DNA of 63,975 nt, counting the filler, from Octopus bimaculoides (lineage: Eukaryota): the NCBI RefSeq assembly GCF_001194135.2. It is 9 parts of 7 records of this genome, joined end to end, with 100 filler letters (N's around TTAATTAATTAA, not from the genome) between each part and the next. Parts side by side here need not be neighbours in the genome. Positions count along the whole stretch, not along the records: positions 62,779 to 63,975 come from NC_068986.1; 8 more parts are not named here. One strand, given 5' to 3'. The translations under genes and the position numbers were made by a program. The notes beneath the pieces were generated by a model. That model did no database searches and was not told where the DNA came from. It saw nothing but the letters and a program-made list of their open reading frames with translations. Every line of letters begins with the position of its first letter. Position 1 is the stretch's first letter. Positions 62,862-63,975 of this stretch are shown one piece after another.

Positions 62862-63258
62862 CTAATTTACTTGGGTTAGTCACTTGACTGCAGCCATGCT
62901 GGGGCACCGCCTTGTAGGGTTTTAGTCGAACAAAACGATTTCAGACATTTTAAAGGCCGTGTACTTATTCCATCTATAACTTTTCGCCGAACCGCTAATT
63001 TACAGAGACGTAAACACACCAACACCGGTTGTCAAACGGTGGTGGGAGATAAACACAAACATAAAGACACACACACACACATATATATAGATATATATAC
63101 GACTGTCTTCTTTCAGTTTTTTTTCCTACCAAATCCACTCACAAGGTTTTGGTTTGCCCGGAGTTTAGTAGAAGACACTTACCCAAGGTGCCATGCAGTG
63201 GGACTGAACTCGGAACCATGTCTTTAGGAAGGAAGCTGCTTACCACACAGCCACGCTT
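62862..63258 (-). mobile_element. SINE family A, full length, moderately diverged
   Basis: Family A head, core and 3' half on the minus strand. Confidence 0.9.
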
Positions 63259-63329
63259 ATGTATATGTGCGTATGTATGTATTTATGTATGCGTATGAAT
63301 TTGTGTATATTTTAGTATCCAGTTTCGGT

Positions 63330-63690
63330 ACCATAGTTACGACATTTTGCTCAACTGAATTCATATCTTGGTGAGGGATCTTTCTTTATTTTGAGGGATT
63401 CATTTGAGAAATTTGAGGAACTGATTTCTTCGTTTTGAAGGATTATGAATATTGTTCCACACCGGGATTGAGAATATTAGAATGTTTAATCTGCCAGCTG
63501 CTGTTAAATCCTGGTATTACGAGAGGGCCTGTGTTCTAAGGTGAAATATTGAATATTGTTGGAGGAACCAGCAAAAAACAAGGCTTCGGAGGATCCTTCG
63601 TGAAACCCATATATTTCAGGATATCACACTTGATGGCGAGAGAAAAATGTATAGGGATATCTTGAAATTGAAAATACACACACTTATATT
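63330..63690 (-). pseudogene. CR1-like LINE 3' end fragment
   Basis: The minus strand ...LVPPTIFNISP... followed by ...SVPQI... resembles the CR1 terminal GP.LFN.LP....FK..LD..L..VPD motif. Confidence 0.4.
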
Positions 63691-63724
63691 TATGTATGAG
63701 TCTCTCTCTGTGTATATTTGGATG

Positions 63725-63936
63725 TACGAGAGGATGCTGTAAAGTTCCTGATTTTAAGAGTTTCGTGAAAAGCCTGGATGGAGACCAACCTTCTTTTGCA
63801 GGGCTTAGAAAAAGTGAAGGACTGCTGCAATAAGTGTGTGTATCCGAGAGGGGAATATGTTGGAGAAAATAATAATTAAATGACTCTCCTGCATTTTCTT
63901 TTACCCCAAAACAGGAGATTTTCAAAACCCCTCGAA
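63725..63936 (+). mobile_element. Mariner-derived non-autonomous element
   Basis: Imperfect TIRs TACGAGAGGATGCTGTAAAGTTCCTG / CAGGAGATTTTCAAAACCCCTCGAA. The interior encodes FLQGLEK..DCCNKCVYPRGEYV, a mariner C-terminus. Confidence 0.72.
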
Positions 63937-63975
63937 TGTGTGCATGTATACGTGTGTGTGTATATATATGCATCT

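Overview
AT-rich, microsatellite-saturated, gappy eukaryotic draft-assembly sequence. The SINE families resemble those I recall from Octopus, so a coleoid cephalopod is inferred but not provable here. There is no convincing host protein-coding gene, rRNA, real tRNA gene or CRISPR array, and nearly all ORFs in the track are microsatellite or N-gap read-throughs. The window is a transposon graveyard. It holds at least four tRNA-headed SINE families (my labels A-D), decayed LINEs (RTE, CR1/L2-type, L1/Tx1, R4/Dong), Penelope-like (PLE) GIY-YIG fragments, Tc1 and mariner relics, hAT and Tc1 MITEs, and one LTR with a tRNA-Trp primer-binding site. The most interesting signal is ribozyme-related. (1) A ~340-bp module, labelled E, directly follows a Penelope GIY-YIG ORF. 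It combines a tRNA-like Pol III promoter, a (TAA)n/(CAA)n tract and a minimal hammerhead ribozyme. It recurs as outward-facing inverted pairs, and one copy has been hit by a TAA-targeting R4/Dong element. (2) A hammerhead-like core at 27545-27619 (minus strand) has its three strands in a non-circularly permuted, pseudoknotted order. (3) A further type I hammerhead relic lies at 60496-60547. Eight TTAATTAATTAA linkers inside N-runs are scaffolding artefacts, so adjacency across them is unreliable. All family assignments come from motif recognition by eye, and boundaries are approximate.
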